Source: Vitrella brassicaformis CCMP3155
Taxonomy: Eukaryota > Protista > Chromerida
DNA: 64,000 nt
Assembly (NCBI GenBank): GCA_001179505.1
Contig: CDMY01000379.1
Coordinates: 29,520 to 93,519, forward strand
Direction: 5' to 3'
This document shows positions 36,211 to 49,200 of the stretch, one piece after another. Numbering within the stretch: position 1 is the stretch's first letter; every line of letters begins with the position of its first letter. The notes beneath the pieces were generated by a model. The model was given only the letters and a program-made list of their open reading frames with translations. It had not been told where the DNA came from and did no database searches. Position numbers and translations under genes: made by a program.

Positions 36211-36943
36211 ATGGGGATATTGAATCCCGTGTTGTTGCAAGTCGGCTCGCTCATCTGCAGCGTCGCAGTCGCAACATTCGTGAGTTCTGCCTGATTTCCG
36301 TAATCTGGTCTCCATTCACCATTCCTCTCTGTCTGTGTGTGCGTGTTTTGTGTGCTTGCAGGCTGTGTTTCGGCTGATCGGCTTGGGCGGCTTCAATGTG
36401 ACGGTGCTGGTGGTGTCGCTGTTCCAGCTGCTGTCTGGCGTGCTGCTGTTTGTGGCCGACTTCAGAGCCCTTGAGGTCTTCGGCTACATCAAATTCATCT
36501 ACACGGGTACAAGCGGTGGACACGGCCACACACATACACACATAGGGGCGGTGACTGACTGTGTGAAGTGTCTGTTTGTTTTGCGCCAGCGACTGGCCGC
36601 GGCGGCTTGATGGTGTTGCTGGGTGCGCTGTGCCTGGGGAGGAGCCCATGGGAGATCATTGTCGGCGTCGCTTTAATGTTTATCGGCGTCCTGTTCTTCC
36701 TATTCGCATGCGTCACAAAGGGTGCGCACCGGAGCCAGGCCCTGTGTGCTGTGGGCCGATGTGCTCGTGAATCTGTCTGTGTGAGTGTGATATGTGTCAG
36801 GGGTGCCGAAGCCGATTTTACAGAGGAATGAGTTGACGATAACTCTGGGCGGTGATGTGTACTTCGTTGACTCGAGCGGTGCACAGACAGCGACGGTGGG
36901 CGGGGCACCGGCGGCTGGAGGGGTTGGACACACGGCGTTCTGA
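36211..36943 (+). CDS. COPI-associated / TVP15-like small multi-pass membrane protein, 4 exons (~165 aa)
   Basis: Four hydrophobic segments with the family-like FGYIKFIYT|ATGRGGLMVLLGALCL motif; consistent GT-AG joins; TGA 36941-36943. Confidence 0.7.
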
Positions 36944-37333
36944 TGGCACACACACAACGAATGAAGGGAAGAGGAGGCAGACCATTGAGTTGAAGGGCCT
37001 TTGTTTGTGAGTAGTTAGGATGGATAATTGAAGCCGGGTGTGGGGTGTGTGGGTGTGGATGAGAAGCGCCGCTATTTGTGTACAGAGGGAGGGACGGCTG
37101 CTACCCGTTGCGGGCTGACTGCCAGTGAGATTGAGATGTGAGGGTGGCTGCATGTTTCACAGACACATCCACACACTCATTTATGTGCCCGTCCACGTGC
37201 TAGAGCCCGACGGACGGACGGGCACACCCGCGTATGTGCGTATGTGTGCATATGTTCTGTCCACCAATCAATTCAATTCAATGCAAGTCAACCCAGTCAA
37301 CGCAATCCACCGACACGAAAGAACGACCACCAA

Positions 37334-40300
37334 TCACTGCGCCATTCCCCCCGAACCACTGAAGCCCCCCACCCCTCCCAATCGGCCGCCCTGTGCGGCG
37401 GTGGCCATGAGGCCGCCCCTGCCGGCTGCCATCTGCAGCCCCAGTGCGCCCCTCTTACCGCCCAATGTGCCGGGCTGCGCGGGCAGAGTGGCTGCGAGTC
37501 GGCCCATCTTTTGTGTGCCCGACACGATGTAGTTGGTCAGCTTCTTGTGGCGGTCACGCATTCGCTTGATCTGCAGAGACACGACGATACACACCGCGAG
37601 GGGGGGGTTTGGAGTCTTTTATAGGTGTGTGGGTGTGGGTGACCTCTTGCTGTGCTGTTTTGATGGCCTGTTGGCGGTCGTCGAAGTCACGCGTCAACAA
37701 ATCGGAATTCACAATCCTGACACACACAAGGACAGGTATGAGACGTGTCTCACTGGAGTGCCATCGTCTGGTTTGCTTACCCGGTTTGTTGTCTGAGTTT
37801 GACGTTTTCGAGCCGGTAGTCGTCCCTTTCGTGCTTGGTCTTGGCCACCAGGTCACGCTGACTCGACAACTCTACACACACACACACACACACAGGGAGA
37901 GGGACAGAGAGAGAGAGAGAGAGGGAGAGGGAGAGGGAGTGAGGGAGAGAGGGAGAGACACAGCTCAGAGTGCACACACGTGTCCCTGTGTGTGAAGGGG
38001 CAAGGGGTGTGTATGTGACCTGATTCTAGCTGCGAGAGTTCTTGCCGTAGTGTGTCGACCTCGTAGTGGAGGAACTGCAGCTTCTCCCGCATGTGGGTGG
38101 TCACCTGGACGGTGCTCACCGTCTTCTTCCGCAGCTTGTGCAGCTCCTCGTTGCGCTCCTCTATCTTCTCATTCAACGTCTGGCGGTCGCAGGCACGCAC
38201 GCACACACGAGGCAACACACCCAGCGCACATACATACGAAGAAAATCGCCATTCCTTACTTGGTTTTCGATTTTGAGCTGTTCGAAGTCGATGATATGGA
38301 GGTTTTCGGCGAGCTCGTCTTTCTTTCTCAGCTGCTGCTCGAGGCGTGAGAGCCTGTTCTTGAGCGAGATGTTGGCGCCGCGAACCTCCTCGACCTCATC
38401 GTCCTTCTCCTTCTCAAAATCCTCCAACACCTTCATTCATCGCCACACACACGCATGGCTGTGGTGGGGGGGTCGGGAGGAATCAGCTACTTACCTGTAG
38501 GACCTTGGGTGGGATGGGTTTGCCGGTTCTCGAGTACTCGGCGTTCTTGGCCACCTGCCGCTTGAACTCCCGAAAGGCGTCGCGACACTCAATCGCCTTC
38601 TGGCGCTTCTCCTCCAACTGACATGCACACACGCATGACACCCACACACACACACGTGTGTGTCTTCCTTTCCTCCCCATCCATACCTTGTTCTTGAGTT
38701 CTTCTGACATGCGCGCGGCGCGGACTTGTATCTGTCTCAGCTTGAGGCGCACGCCGTGGACGTGGTGGAGGACGTTGGTGTACTTGGCTTCGGTGACGCG
38801 AGTGGCGGTGTTGGCCATGACGTGCGGCTGCTCCATCCCGCCAGCCTGCGAACCGAACTTGTGACGCCACAAGGCCACCTGAGAAATGCACAGAGAGACA
38901 TTGGAGAGGGGGGGGTGTCTGTTTGGTGTTGGGTGGGGGGATGGGGGGCTTAAGTGGGTGGGGCGTACCTTTCTCTGCAGCTCTGCGTTGTCTTTTTGAA
39001 GCTCGTTCTGCTGCTGCTCGAAATCCTGATTGAATGTGTCACACAGACATGCAGCCACTATCTCTCTCTCTCTGTGTCTCTCGGCCGACTCACAACGAGG
39101 AGGTTGGTGAGTTCCTCGTGTTCATCCAGCAGCCTCTGCTCCTCCCTCTGCCTCATGATCTCCTCGGTGTCCTCCGGGACCAGCTCCTCACCCACAGCCG
39201 ACAGCTGCTCCTCACCCTCCTCGGCCGACTCCTCGGCCTCTGTCTCGGCCTTTGGGAAACCTGAACACACACAGACAGACAGACATACAAATAGACAGAT
39301 GTGTGTGTGGATGGATGGATGGATGGATGAGGGGTTGTGTGTGACCAGGTGTGGGTATGGGTCCTGCGAGGGGCGGTGGGAGAGGCGCGGCTGCCTCGAA
39401 CTCGGGCACCTCAGCAGGCGGCGGACGGAACTCCTCACCCTCTACGGATGGATCCACACACATGCATCCTTTACATCCTGGTGTCTATGTGTTTTGTGTC
39501 CACTGATTGACATACACACATTTACCTGCGGCCTCCTCTCCCTCAGGGGCCTCAGCGGCCTCCCCTTCGGCAGCAGCAGGCACCTCCGCGCCCTCACCTT
39601 CAACAGCCTCCCCCTCGACACCCTCGGGCACTCCCTCACCCTCAACAGCGGCCTCCTCGCCCTCAGCCACTGTCACAAACTCAACGCCCTCCACTGGTGG
39701 GGCCTCAGCAGCCGCGGCAGCAGCAGCAGCAGCAGCGGCCTCTGCCTCGGCTGCTGCTTGTGCTGCAAGCTCCTGCTCGGCGATGAGGGCCTTGGCGGAT
39801 TCCTCATCTTCCTGGGCCTCCTTGGCCTTCTGCAGGGCCGCGAGGGCGTCTTCGTCCTCGACGGCGAGATCCTCTTCCTCCAGAATGGTGTCGATCTTGA
39901 TCTCTGGTTGATGATGATATCGCTTTCCGATGGTTGGTGTCTGTGTTGAGTGTGTCTCGTGTGTACCTACCGGCGTGTCCCGCAGCGGCTGCTGCAGCAG
40001 CCTCTTTGCCTGCTTCGGCGCGGAGAATCAATCCCTCAGTCCACTCAGCCTGTCACGCACAAACAACCCGTACAATGTGTCTCTTTCATTCTTTCTTCAA
40101 GCGTGCGCTGCAGTCCGTGCACACCTTGAGGTGGGGCGTGTCTCCCTCATCATTGTGGATCTCAGGATTTGCACCCCACTCCAACATGCGCCTGACACCA
40201 ATTGCAACATATATACTTGTCCCATCGTTTGTATGCCTGTGTATGTCAATGAATGTCTGTGTGTGACGACATACGTACCGTATGAGTTCGCCCCGTTCCT

Positions 40301-41495
40301 TCTTGACGAGTATATGTAGGCAGGTGTTGCCGTTGCGGCACTTGGTGTTGATGATCCGCCGCATCTCCTGCGGACGGTCCTCGCACTGATAGAAAAACTC
40401 CTCCCAAAACGAATCCTAAGAGATCCATCCAACCAACGACCATCCAAACACACACCCAGAAGGGACATGGCCCCACACACAGGAAACCTCTGTCTCTCTT
40501 GCCTTTCACCTGTGCATTCTCCATGCCGACTTCGGCCTCGTGAACGCACGCCAGAAAGAGCCCGGTGTCGCCATGTCTGTCCTTGGCGCCCACATCCAGC
40601 CCCTGCTTCAGGAAGTCCAATGCCTGTTCATAGTCGCCCCGTCGGAGGGCACTGGTCATCGGACAGTCACCTGCAGCCACAGACAGCCATGAGGAACCAC
40701 ACACATGAATGTATTTCATTGTACCATCGGTGTTGAAGGCGTATTGGTCTGCGCCTCTCTCGAGAAGGTATGCAATGGAGTCTCCCCTGCTGTTGAAAAG
40801 CGGTGTCTGGTCCTTGACGCCCGACGACCTGATGTTGACGTTGTTGCCGAGGGTCTCGACGAGGAACCGTGTGATGGCCAGTGAGAACTGACTCGCATGT
40901 GCGAGCATCGACTGGTAGCCGAATATTTCCACCTCCAAAGGCTGGCCCTCCTTCAACCCATCGATCTCCTGCGCTTGCACATACGATCGCAGCATCTGCA
41001 GGAAGGAATGGAATGGCATGCATCAAAGACACACACAAGCAGACAGGAGAAATGCAACTGTGTCCGTCTTTGTGAATGCACTCGTGTGATATGCCCACGT
41101 ACGTCCTCGAGCGCCTCGACGTCATCCTCCTGGACGAGTGAAAAGATTTGGCCCCATTTCTCGGACGCAGGGTCCTCGGGGTTGACGTAGCGGGCAAACG
41201 CGGTGTGCTCAGCAATGTGGGAACCCGGCTCCCACGTCATCCTGCTTGCCTTGCCGATCTGCCGGTTGTCAGGGCTGGTAGATGAGTTGGTGCGGATTGC
41301 AGGCTGAGTCGCACCACAGAACTTCTGAATTCCTGTCTGGTGGCTGTCTGCAGGCGAATCCCTTCCCGAGATTTCGAGACTGCGGGCGTGCGGGGGCGGA
41401 AAGGTCCGCCTGCGAGCTGAGCTCGCAACAGAATTCGAAAATCGCTTCCGCAAGCGACGGTCTCTGCCATCGTGTCCACAGCTGCCCTTCAGCAT
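37334..41495 (-). CDS. CCDC96: Ankyrin-repeat N-terminus fused in frame to an Ala/Glu-rich linker and a CCDC96/CFAP184 (DUF4201) coiled coil
   Basis: The C-terminal part has LHIIDFEQLKIENQ|TLNEKIEERNEELHKLRKKT..VQVTTHMREKL, diagnostic of CCDC96. Upstream exons encode ankyrin repeats (HGDTGLFLAC, NGNTCLHILV, GANPEIHNDEGDTP). A 67-nt GT-AG intron (39970-39904) joins them in frame. Start could be 41495 or 41240. Confidence 0.75.
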
Positions 41496-41662
41496 GGAAA
41501 GAATGAAACTGCGACACTCTCCGCTGAAACAAAGGCGGGTGAGAAGAGCACCACTATCGGAGCATTACCGCCCCTGCAGCACTGAGGGCCGCTGAGCACA
41601 CCAGACGACCTCTGCTCTGCCACGCAGGAGCCGCAGCCATCCCCTCTCCCCCCTAGTCAGCA

Positions 41663-43795
41663 ATGCAGTCGATGACGGCCATGCAGCGTCTGAGCATTGC
41701 GAATCTGAGCCGGGTGTTCGGCTCGTCTGGGAATGAGAAGCGTGCGACGCCCGTCAAGCGGAAGGTGGCCCTCAAGGCCAAGACGCACGATGCCGGCAGG
41801 GTAACTGTCCAGGGCCCCTCCGGTCCCAAGGACAAGGAGGGCGCGGCGGTCACCGCGGGGATGGTGCATGCCGTCGCCAAGTGGAGGGGCAACGGCATCC
41901 GCACCAGCAAGTACACCGTCATCACTTTCCTCCCCAAGAACCTGTTCCTTCAGTTCACACACTTCGGTCAGTCGATTGGCACACACACATAAGACATTCA
42001 CACGTGCTCCCTCTCTCTCTCTCTCTCTCTGTCGTGCGTCTGTGCAGCGAATCTATATTTCTTGTGCGCGGCGGGTCTGCAGATGATCCGGCCGATCAGC
42101 GACAGCGAGGGCCAGCCGACCTTCCTGGCGCCTTTACTGTTTGTGGTCGTGCTGTCGGCCATCAAGGACGCCGTCGAGGACGTCAAGCGGCACCGATCCG
42201 ACAGGGAGGAGAACACGCGCATCGTGACGGTGCTGGACAAGGAGACCGGCGGCGGAGTGGAGAGGGAGTGGAAGGACATCAAGACGGGCGACATTGTCAA
42301 GGTCATCAATGAACAGGTGAGGGGCGTGTGTGCGAGAGGAGGGCTGGTGCACACCATTGTCTGTCGTCTGTGTGTGTCCGTGTGTGTGTGCCGATTGGTT
42401 GTCAGTATTTTCCTGCTGATCTGCTGTTGTTGAATTGCTCGGATGAATTCGGCATTTGCTACGTCGAGACCAAGAACCTCGGTACGCCTCGGCCGAGAGC
42501 CATTCTCTCAACAGCCCTCGTGGATGGATGGATGGATGGATACACAATGTGTGTGCGTCATATATATCAATCGTGTGCAGACGGTGAGACTAACCTGAAG
42601 CACAAGTCGTGCATCCCCGAGGTGGCTGAACTCGTCACGAGCGACGAAGAAGCCGCCAATGTGGAACGTAGGCCTCACTTCCCCCATCCATCCATCCATC
42701 CATGTGTCTGTGTGTGTGTGTGCGTGTGTCTGCCTTGGTCGGTCAGTTGAGCTGGTCTTCGAGCCGCCCAACGAGCAGCTCTATGCCTTCAACGGCCTCC
42801 TGCGCCTCCCACCCGCACCGCCAGCCCACTCGTCGACCAAATCCCTCAACACCACCAACAACACCATCAGCATCAACCAGGACAACGCCGCACACACGCC
42901 CACACCCACACCCGACGCCCTGCCCCCTCCCCCCTCTGTGCCGTCCGGCCTGGTGCCACTCAGCCCTTCTCGGTCGACCAGCAAGAAGGGCGCCAAGTCT
43001 CGGGAAGTGCCGATGTCGGCGACTCAGTTCTTGCTGCGCGGGAGCTCGCTGGTCAACACGGCGTGGGTTTACGGGATGGTCGTGTACACCGGGCATCAGA
43101 CGAAGATCTTCCGCAACTCGTCGACGCAGGCTCGCGGCAAGTGGAGTCAGCTGGAGCGGACGTACAACAACCACGCGGTGTCGCTGTTCCTCATCCAAGT
43201 GTTCTTCTGTGTGCTCATCGCCGTGTGCCACGTCTTCTGGCTGCTTGGCCATGACGACTGGTGAGATGAGAAGGCACATCATCGACCACAGACAGACGGA
43301 CAGACAGACGGATGTGGGTGCACATCGGAGGGTCTGTTTTCTCTCTCTGTGAAGGTATCTGGACTTGGAGAAGGGCACCGCCCGCGACACGGGGCTGCGT
43401 GCGCTCCAGGTCTTCGGCGCCCAGCTGATCCTCTTCACCTACTACGTACCCATCGCCCTCATCGTCACACTCGAAATCGTCAAATTCTTCCAGGTGCGTG
43501 TGTAGTGTTGGCGGTGTGCTAAGACACCAACCAACGAAATGAGTGAGTGGTGATCTATGTGTGTGTGTTGGCTACCGTGGTTGTTATGCGGTGCAGGCGC
43601 TGTTTGTGTCTTTTGACCTGGAGATGTATTCCGTGTCGACGGGTCGCTACGCCTCCAGCCAGAGCAGCAACCTCATCGAGGATCTCGGCGGCATCACACA
43701 CGTCTTCTCGGACAAAACCGGCACGCTCACGCAGAACCTGATGCAGTTCAAGTACGTGTGTTGGCTGCTCGGCGACTTGTGCTATGCCTCTACAC

Positions 43796-43826
<31 letters not shown>

Positions 43827-45487
43827 CATGGATGTATGTGCATGCGTGTGCAGGTGTACGGGGATCGGCGATGTGGTATACGGCCTGGAGGACAGGGCGG
43901 CCGACGAGCGGACCCGTATGATGAGTACCATGACCATGAGCCACGGCGCCACCCTCAGCGGCGGCAACGACTCTGCACCGCCAACTCCCCCACTAGGCGG
44001 CATGACGCGCCGGTCCACCATGCCCGGCACAGCGGTGCCCCCCAACCCCACGACCGAGACCTTCGTCAACTTCGACAGCGACCTCTTCTGGGCGTCCGTC
44101 GAGTCGGCCTCCGAGCGGCAAAGGGAGCTGGTACGGGACTTCCTGTTGCTAATGTGTCTGTGCCACTCGGTGCTCATTAAGGGGGCCTCCGAGCGCAAGA
44201 CGACCGACCACCAGGGGACGGGCAGCAAGAACTCGACAACGACCGCCGCCAACGCCCAGGAGAGCGGCGGCAGCAACAAGGTATCCCCCGCCACATCATC
44301 GCCCAAGCACCTGCAGAACCCCTGCCTCGCACACCAGCCCACGGCCTCTGATGCCCCGGTCAGCCCACAACAGTCTGCACGTCGCCCCGAACGGCCGCTT
44401 GTGACGGGCCGCCCCCCGGCCGTCGACACGGACATCCCGCCCTCGCCCCCTCGGTCGCTGCATCCGGATCCTATAACCGATTTGCCGATGGACGACAGCC
44501 GGAGGATGGCGGAGGGCCACCTCGAGGCGACGCTTGACCTGTACCTGACGGACAGGGAGCTGGACAGCCCAGGGACAGTGCGGGTGTGGGCGGGGATGCA
44601 CGGCATCGGCGACATTGACGACGTCGAGGACGTCCATGCCACGGTGATCCGGGAGAGGGAGGCTGTGGCCGTGCACGCCGCGAGCCCTGCTGAGGACAAT
44701 GGCCAGGGGGAAGGAGGAGGAGGACAAGACAACGAGGCAGCGAGCAGTAAGGACGAGAGGCTGGAACAAGACGGAGAGGAGGAGGAGGAGGAGGAGATCG
44801 ACATCGTCGAGTACGACGCCTCCTCCCCCGACGAGCTCGCACTCGTGGCGGGCGCGCGGCACATCGGCATGGAGTTCTACGCCAGACCGTCCCTCAACAC
44901 CCTACAGATCCGGCTGCTCAACGCGTCCATGAAGAAGCTCCTCCTGCCCCTCATCAAGCTCATCCCCACTCAGCCGTCGATCAGCCCGTCGCTCAGCCCA
45001 GAGTGCTCTCACCCGCCCTCGCCACAGCAGTCGCCCAGCGCACCGCCACGGCTGGGGGAGAAGATGCAGCCTCTTGATGAGAATGGGGAGGGTGGTGGGG
45101 CTGGTGGGGATGGTGAGGGCGACAGGGATATAATTTACTCGCGGATTCGGTCGCCGTATTCGCTGCTCGAGTATGAGATACTGGACGTGCTCGAGTTCGA
45201 CAACGATCGCAAGCGGATGTCCGTCATAGCACGGTGAGTCGTGTCTGTCCATGGAGGGGTGGGGGGATGGTTGGGGGAGAGAGAGGCGGCGTGGGAGTCA
45301 ACGCATGTGTGTGTGTGTGTGTGTGTGTGCAGAGGTGTGGATGGCGGGATCATGCTGCTGACCAAGGGTGCCGACTCGTCGATGCTCACCATCGCCGCAA
45401 CAGGACAAGACCTAATCCTCAAACACATTCGGGCAAGTGACAACCCCTTGACCCCCTCCCCCACTCCAACACACCATCTCTCTCTCC

Positions 45488-45522
<35 letters not shown>

Positions 45523-46184
45523 TGCATCATATCTGCAGGCCCAGCTGTCCCTGTTTGCGCAAAAGGGTCTCCGCACCCTCGTGATGGGTCAGCGAGAGAT
45601 CCCCGAGACCGAGTTCGACAGGTTCCACCACGAGTACCTTGACGCCCGAGGCGACGTGAGTGACAACCGCAGCGCCAAGATGAAGGCGTGCATCGAGGGG
45701 GTGGAGAGGAATCTCACCATCGTGGGCTGCACGGGCATCGAGGACCGGCTGGCCGACCAGGTGCCCTCGGTCATTCAGGACCTCAAAGACGCCAATATCA
45801 AGCTGTGGGTGCTGACTGGGGATAAGATGGAGACGGTGAGGCAGGCGGTTACAGAGAGAGAGTCTCAGAGAGAGGGAGGGATGTNNNNNNNNNNNNNNNN
45901 NNNNNNNNNNNNNNNNNNNNNNNNNNNNNNNNNNNNNNNNNNNNNNNNNNNNNNNNNNNNNNNNNNNNNNNNNNNNNNNNNNNNNNNNNNNNNNNNNNNN
46001 NNNNNNNNNNNNNNNNNNNNNNNNNNNNNNNNNNNNNNNNNNNNNNNNNNNNNNNNNNNNNNNNNNNNNNNNNNNNNNNNNNNNNNNNNNNNNNNNNNNN
46101 NNNNNNNNNNNNNNNNNNNNNNNNNNNNNNNNNNNNNNNNNNNNNNNNNNNNNNNNNNNNNNNNNNNNNNNNNNNNNNNNNNNN

Positions 46185-46218
<34 letters not shown>

Positions 46219-49200
46219 ATATGTGTGTGGCGTGGCTGCTGCAGGCGATCAACATCGGCCACAGCTGCAACATTCTGTCGAGCGACACCTACAACGCCAT
46301 CATTGACGGCAAGGACTCCCAGGAGCTCAACAAACAGGTAGCTGCACCTAAGCACAGCACACACGCATACGCCCTCATGCGTGGATGTATGGATGCATCT
46401 GTCGATCAGCTGGACAACTACCACCAGTACTGCGAGGCCGCCAAGCTCCTCAGCGGCGAGCTCGACGACGGTTTCTTCGAGGCAAGCAGTCGACACCCAC
46501 GCATTCGCCCATCCATCAATCCATCCATCTATTCATCTATTCATTCGTATGTTCGTGGGCGTTTTCAACTTCATCTGCAGGAGGGTGTGGACGACCAGTT
46601 CACCAATGTGGAGGAAGAGGACCTCATGTCGGGCCCGTCCAGGTCACGACGAGGCTCAGAGACCAACGGCCGCACTGCCGCCATACACATCCCACCACAC
46701 ACAGCCACAGCCGACTCACCCGACTCACCACAGGGTGCGGCCGTGGTCAGACAGCAGGCCCATCCCGACGCATCCGCCGACCAGATCGTCCGGCGGACCT
46801 CCTCAGAGAAGCCCGACCGCACCTTCCACGAGGCCGTCGACGGCACCCCACACCACCACTCCACTCCCTCACCCAAGCAAGCAGCGCGCTCGTCCGATCG
46901 GAAGAGGACCACCCCCACCTCACGAGTCAGACGGGAGTCGGCAGCGGCAGCAGCCGACGACATGCGCCGCGCCATGACCCTCGGCGCATCCGGGCAGCAG
47001 GGCGGTGGTGGTGGGCGGGGTGCCAGTGGCCAGGCCCCTTCTCATGCCTTCAGCGGTGGTCCCCGGCTGATCCCTGTGAGCGAGATCCACCAGATACTGG
47101 AGAGGAAACGGCGGTCGAGCGAGCGGCAGTCGCGGGACGCTCCGGCTGGCGTGTTGGGGGGTGCAGCCACCACTGGACACACCGCCGCAGGGGAGCCAGC
47201 TGGATTCTTCCAAACCCTCACGTGAGCTAGCTGAGACAGACACCCTCTCATAATCGCATATGGATGGCTGGATGTTGATGCGTGTGTGTGTGTTGTTAGC
47301 CGTAAAGCGTCGAATTGGTTGGGTCTGTCTGCTCCCTCCCCCTCGCCCTCTGCGTCCCCTTCGCCCCTCTCCCACACACGGGACAGCCCCACACACCGCA
47401 CACAAGAGCCACAACCGCCACAACCACCACAGCCACATCAACAACAAGACAGGCACGGCCCCCACCCCTCCCCGCCGACCATCCCCGCCCTCTCCCCCCT
47501 CACGCCGCTCACACCAGAACAATCGTACGCTCATTCCGTCGACAGAGACAGAGAGAGGGACAGTGACAGGACAGCCATCTCGGTCGAAGTCGATCAGCAG
47601 CAGGAGGCGTGGGTCGACGGGACCGGCCGCATGAGCGACGTCCACCAGCCTCTCCCCCGGCCCCTCGCGGCCGTCATGCTCGAACCATCGGGCAACGTCA
47701 GTGTCCGCCCATTCGTTCGAACTCAGAGTGGCCTTGTGCAGACGTCGACGAGCATGGCGGGGTCGGAGGGCATTGCGCGTCAGCTGACGAGCACACTGCA
47801 GCGGAGGGGCAGTGCGGCGAGTGGTGCTGGGAGTCGGGCGCTGGCTGGCGGTCTGCTGGGGTACTCGAGCATGGCACTGACTGTGAGCGGTGAGGCGCTG
47901 GGCATCACTTTGAAAAACAGGCAACTCAGGCGGAGCTTCTTCAAACTCGCCAGGCACTGCGCAACGGTGAGCAAGACGGCGTTCATTCACACACACACGG
48001 CCCGGCGTCCATGCGCGCACGCACACACACACAGAGATCCATCTGAATGTGTTCTTTCAGGTAATAGCGTGCCGAGTATCGCCCAAGCAGAAGGCCGAGC
48101 TGGTGCGTCAGTGCTGCGCCTTCCAGCGCAAGACGGTGTCGCTGGCCATCGGTGACGGCGCCAACGACGTGGGCATGATCCTGGCCGCACATGTGGGGGT
48201 GGGCATCTCGGGCAGGGAGGGGCTGCAGGCCGTCAGGGCCGCTGACTTCGGCATCGGCCAGTTCAAGTACGTGCGTGAGCACAGCACACAGAGAGGACGA
48301 GAGAGAGAGAGGGGTGTGTGTGGGCTGGTTGGTGAGTAGGTTCCTGCGGAAGCTGCTGTTTGTGCATGGGAAGGAGGCGATGCGCAAGAACTCTCTGCTG
48401 ACGTACTACACCATCTTCAAGAACGTCTCCTTCTGCATGACCTCGTTCTTTTACGGATTCTTCGCCGTACCCACACACAACACATCACGACACACACACA
48501 TCCATCCATCCATCCGCCGACCCATCTGTGTGTGTGTGTGTGTGCGTGTGTGTAGGGTTTCTCCGGCACCGATTTCTACAACAGCTGGCTGAAGCAGGTG
48601 TACAACCTCCTGTACACCTCGGTGCCCATCGTGGTGCACGCCGTCTTCGACAGACAGCTGCCGCACAACCTTCTCAGACAGTGCCCCGCCCTCTACAACC
48701 AGCCGCCATCCACACTGTGGCCCTACTCCTACACATCTGGTAAGGAAAGGGCAGCCCCACCGAGCCATCACACACACACACAACCGTTCCCACCGATCTG
48801 CACGTTGTGTGTGGTGTGTGTGTGATGGCTGGGTATGGTACGCAGCCCCCTCCCTGCCCGTGACGCAGCCCTCCCCTCCCACCACTCGCGGCCACCGGAA
48901 CTTCCTCGACGGCATTGGCAACGTCTGGCAGAGCTGGACCAACTTGGGAGCCGCTGGCATGCGCAACCCCTACTTCGGCGCACACGCCTTCTGGCTCTGG
49001 ATGGGGTACGCCTTCTGGTGCTCCTTGGCCACGTTCATCATTCCACTCTACGGGATGAACGGGCCGCTGGGCCGAGACGGGCAGGTGACGGAGGACACGA
49101 CCTTGCTGGGCATCGTGGTGTACCTGGCCAACGTGATGGTGGTCAATGCCATGCTCGTGCCGTTCAACAACACCTGGTTCTGGTTCACACACGTGTGTCT

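Noticed and set aside
39440-39900. Tandem repeat gene (EGEEAAVEGEG...)
   Set aside because: Imperfect Ala/Glu/Gly low-complexity linker within CCDC96, not an independent element.
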